DNA of 32,000 nucleotides from Mycoplasma mycoides subsp. capri (GTDB lineage Bacteria; Bacillota_I; Bacilli_A; Mycoplasmatales; Mycoplasmataceae): NCBI RefSeq assembly GCF_018389705.1, contig NZ_CP065581.1, positions 1 to 32,000 of the forward strand, read 5' to 3'. Shown piece by piece: positions 30,663 to 32,000 of this stretch (position 1 is its first letter; each line of letters starts with the position of its first letter). The notes under the pieces were generated by a model. It saw only the letters and a program-made list of their open reading frames with translations, ran no database searches and was not told where the DNA came from. The position numbers and the translations under genes were made by a program.

Positions 30663-32000
30663 TATTTTTCTTCCTTAGTTTTTTGTTGTTTATTTTCAAT
30701 TAATTTATATAAATCATCGTATGTATTTTTACCAATAAATTGTTCAACAGGATATATTAAAGCGTTTGGAGCTTTTTGAGACGCAAAATCTTTAAAACTT
30801 TTCATAGTTATAACAACATCATATTCATCTTTTAAATCTTTAACTGCTATATTTGATACTTGAATATCATAATTATTGTTATTAACTCATTTTCTAATTA
30901 AACCAGCAGCCATTGCAGAAGATCCTACTCCTGCTTCACAACAAACAACAATTTTTTTAATATTGTTATTATTTTTTATTGTTTTTTGATCTGAGTCTTG
31001 TTCATTAAATTCAATACCTTCATCAGTGATTTTAAATCCTTGATTTGATTCAGATTGTAGATTTTTTCTATTTTTTAATAACAATAAAACACTAACTCCA
31101 AATGCTATTAATGTACCAACAACAAATGCTAATAAATTAATTAATAAAGCATGTGTTCCATTAGATAAAGCAATTAGTGAAATTAAACTACCTGGACTTG
31201 GAGTTCCTATAGTTCCTCCTCCTAAATAAGAAGTAATAAATTGTGCACCAACTACACCTAACATTGTAGCTAATAGCATTTTTGGTTTTTTAATAATAAA
31301 TACAAAATATACTTCATGAATTCCACCAATTGTATGAATTAGTGAACTAGCAGCTGCATTATATCTATCTTCTTTTTTAGTAAAAATAATATAAGCTAAT
31401 AATAAGCCTAAACCAGGACCAGGATTTGGATCATATAAGAAAAAGATTGATCTAGGATTTGCAACTCCATTTGATCTTTGAATTTGAATTTCATTATAAC
31501 CAATAGGTCCTAAAACACCATGATTTAAAGCATTATTTAAAAATGATACTTTAATTGGTTCAGTAAAAAAACCTAATAAAGGAGCAACTCATTTATTATC
31601 ACCAAATAATTTAATAATTGAGATCATTACAAAAGTAATACCTCACATTATTCATCCTCAGCTTCAAAATACAGCTAAACCTAATAATATAGCATAAATT
31701 GCTAATCCAAAATTTTTAACTAGCATTTCTAGGCCTGGATTAATTTTATGTAAATATAATTTTTCTACTTTTTTTAAAAATAATGCTGATAAAGGTCCAA
31801 CTATCATAGCACCAATAAATTGGTTTGGTGAACCAGGATGAACCCATTTATCTCCTACTTTTTGTCAAATATAATGACTATAAATATGATCAGTACCAGT
31901 GATTGTTGCAACTATAATAAAAGTTGCAATCATTCCACCTCTTAAACCATAAACTAATCTACCGCCATTAAATGCAATTAATATTGGTAAAAGTCATTTA
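30662..32000 (-). pseudogene. mtlA: PTS mannitol-specific EIICB (MtlA), 5' end outside the window; disrupted as given by two offsetting 1-nt frameshifts (near 31439-31444 and 31320/31321)
   Basis: EIIC blocks 'FNGGRLVYGLRGGMIA', 'FLNNALNHGVLGPIG', 'NPGPGLGLLLAY', 'IGG|IHEVYF'. EIIB 'IVVCCEAGVGSSAMAAGLIRKW'. TAA at 30662-30664. The segment 31321-31440 is in a different frame from both flanks (see finding). Confidence 0.8.

Overview
Very AT-rich Mollicutes DNA that has to be read with translation table 4 (UGA=Trp). The supplied standard-code ORF track therefore splits almost every real gene. The window starts at the chromosomal origin region, and from memory the proteins look like the Mycoplasma mycoides cluster. 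Plus strand, 1-9940: dnaA, a DnaA-box/AT-rich intergenic module, dnaN, rnmV, rsmA(ksgA), a 363-aa membrane coiled-coil protein of unknown function, a 358-bp intergenic region holding a candidate small RNA with its own terminator, then gyrB and gyrA. Minus strand, 9992-18516: a nucleoside/sugar-type (BMP family) ABC importer operon (lipoprotein, double ATPase, two permeases) and metG. One permease carries a roughly 496-aa coiled-coil tail. Plus strand, 18716-25063: four tandem paralogous lipoprotein genes with nearly identical 5' signal-peptide cassettes, shuffled Pro/Lys/Asp-rich linkers and a conserved C-terminal module. Minus strand, 25132-32000: an accessory block. It contains an M.SssI-like C5 cytosine methyltransferase thrown out of frame by a G9 homopolymer (candidate phase-variable switch), followed 14 nt later by a 389-aa protein with an HNH_2-like motif (candidate restriction nuclease). 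After that comes a mannitol locus (mtlD, RpiR-type regulator, mtlF, an SDR dehydrogenase, mtlA). As given, mtlA carries two offsetting 1-nt frameshifts around its most conserved EIIC block. I found no rRNA, tRNA, CRISPR array or IS element.
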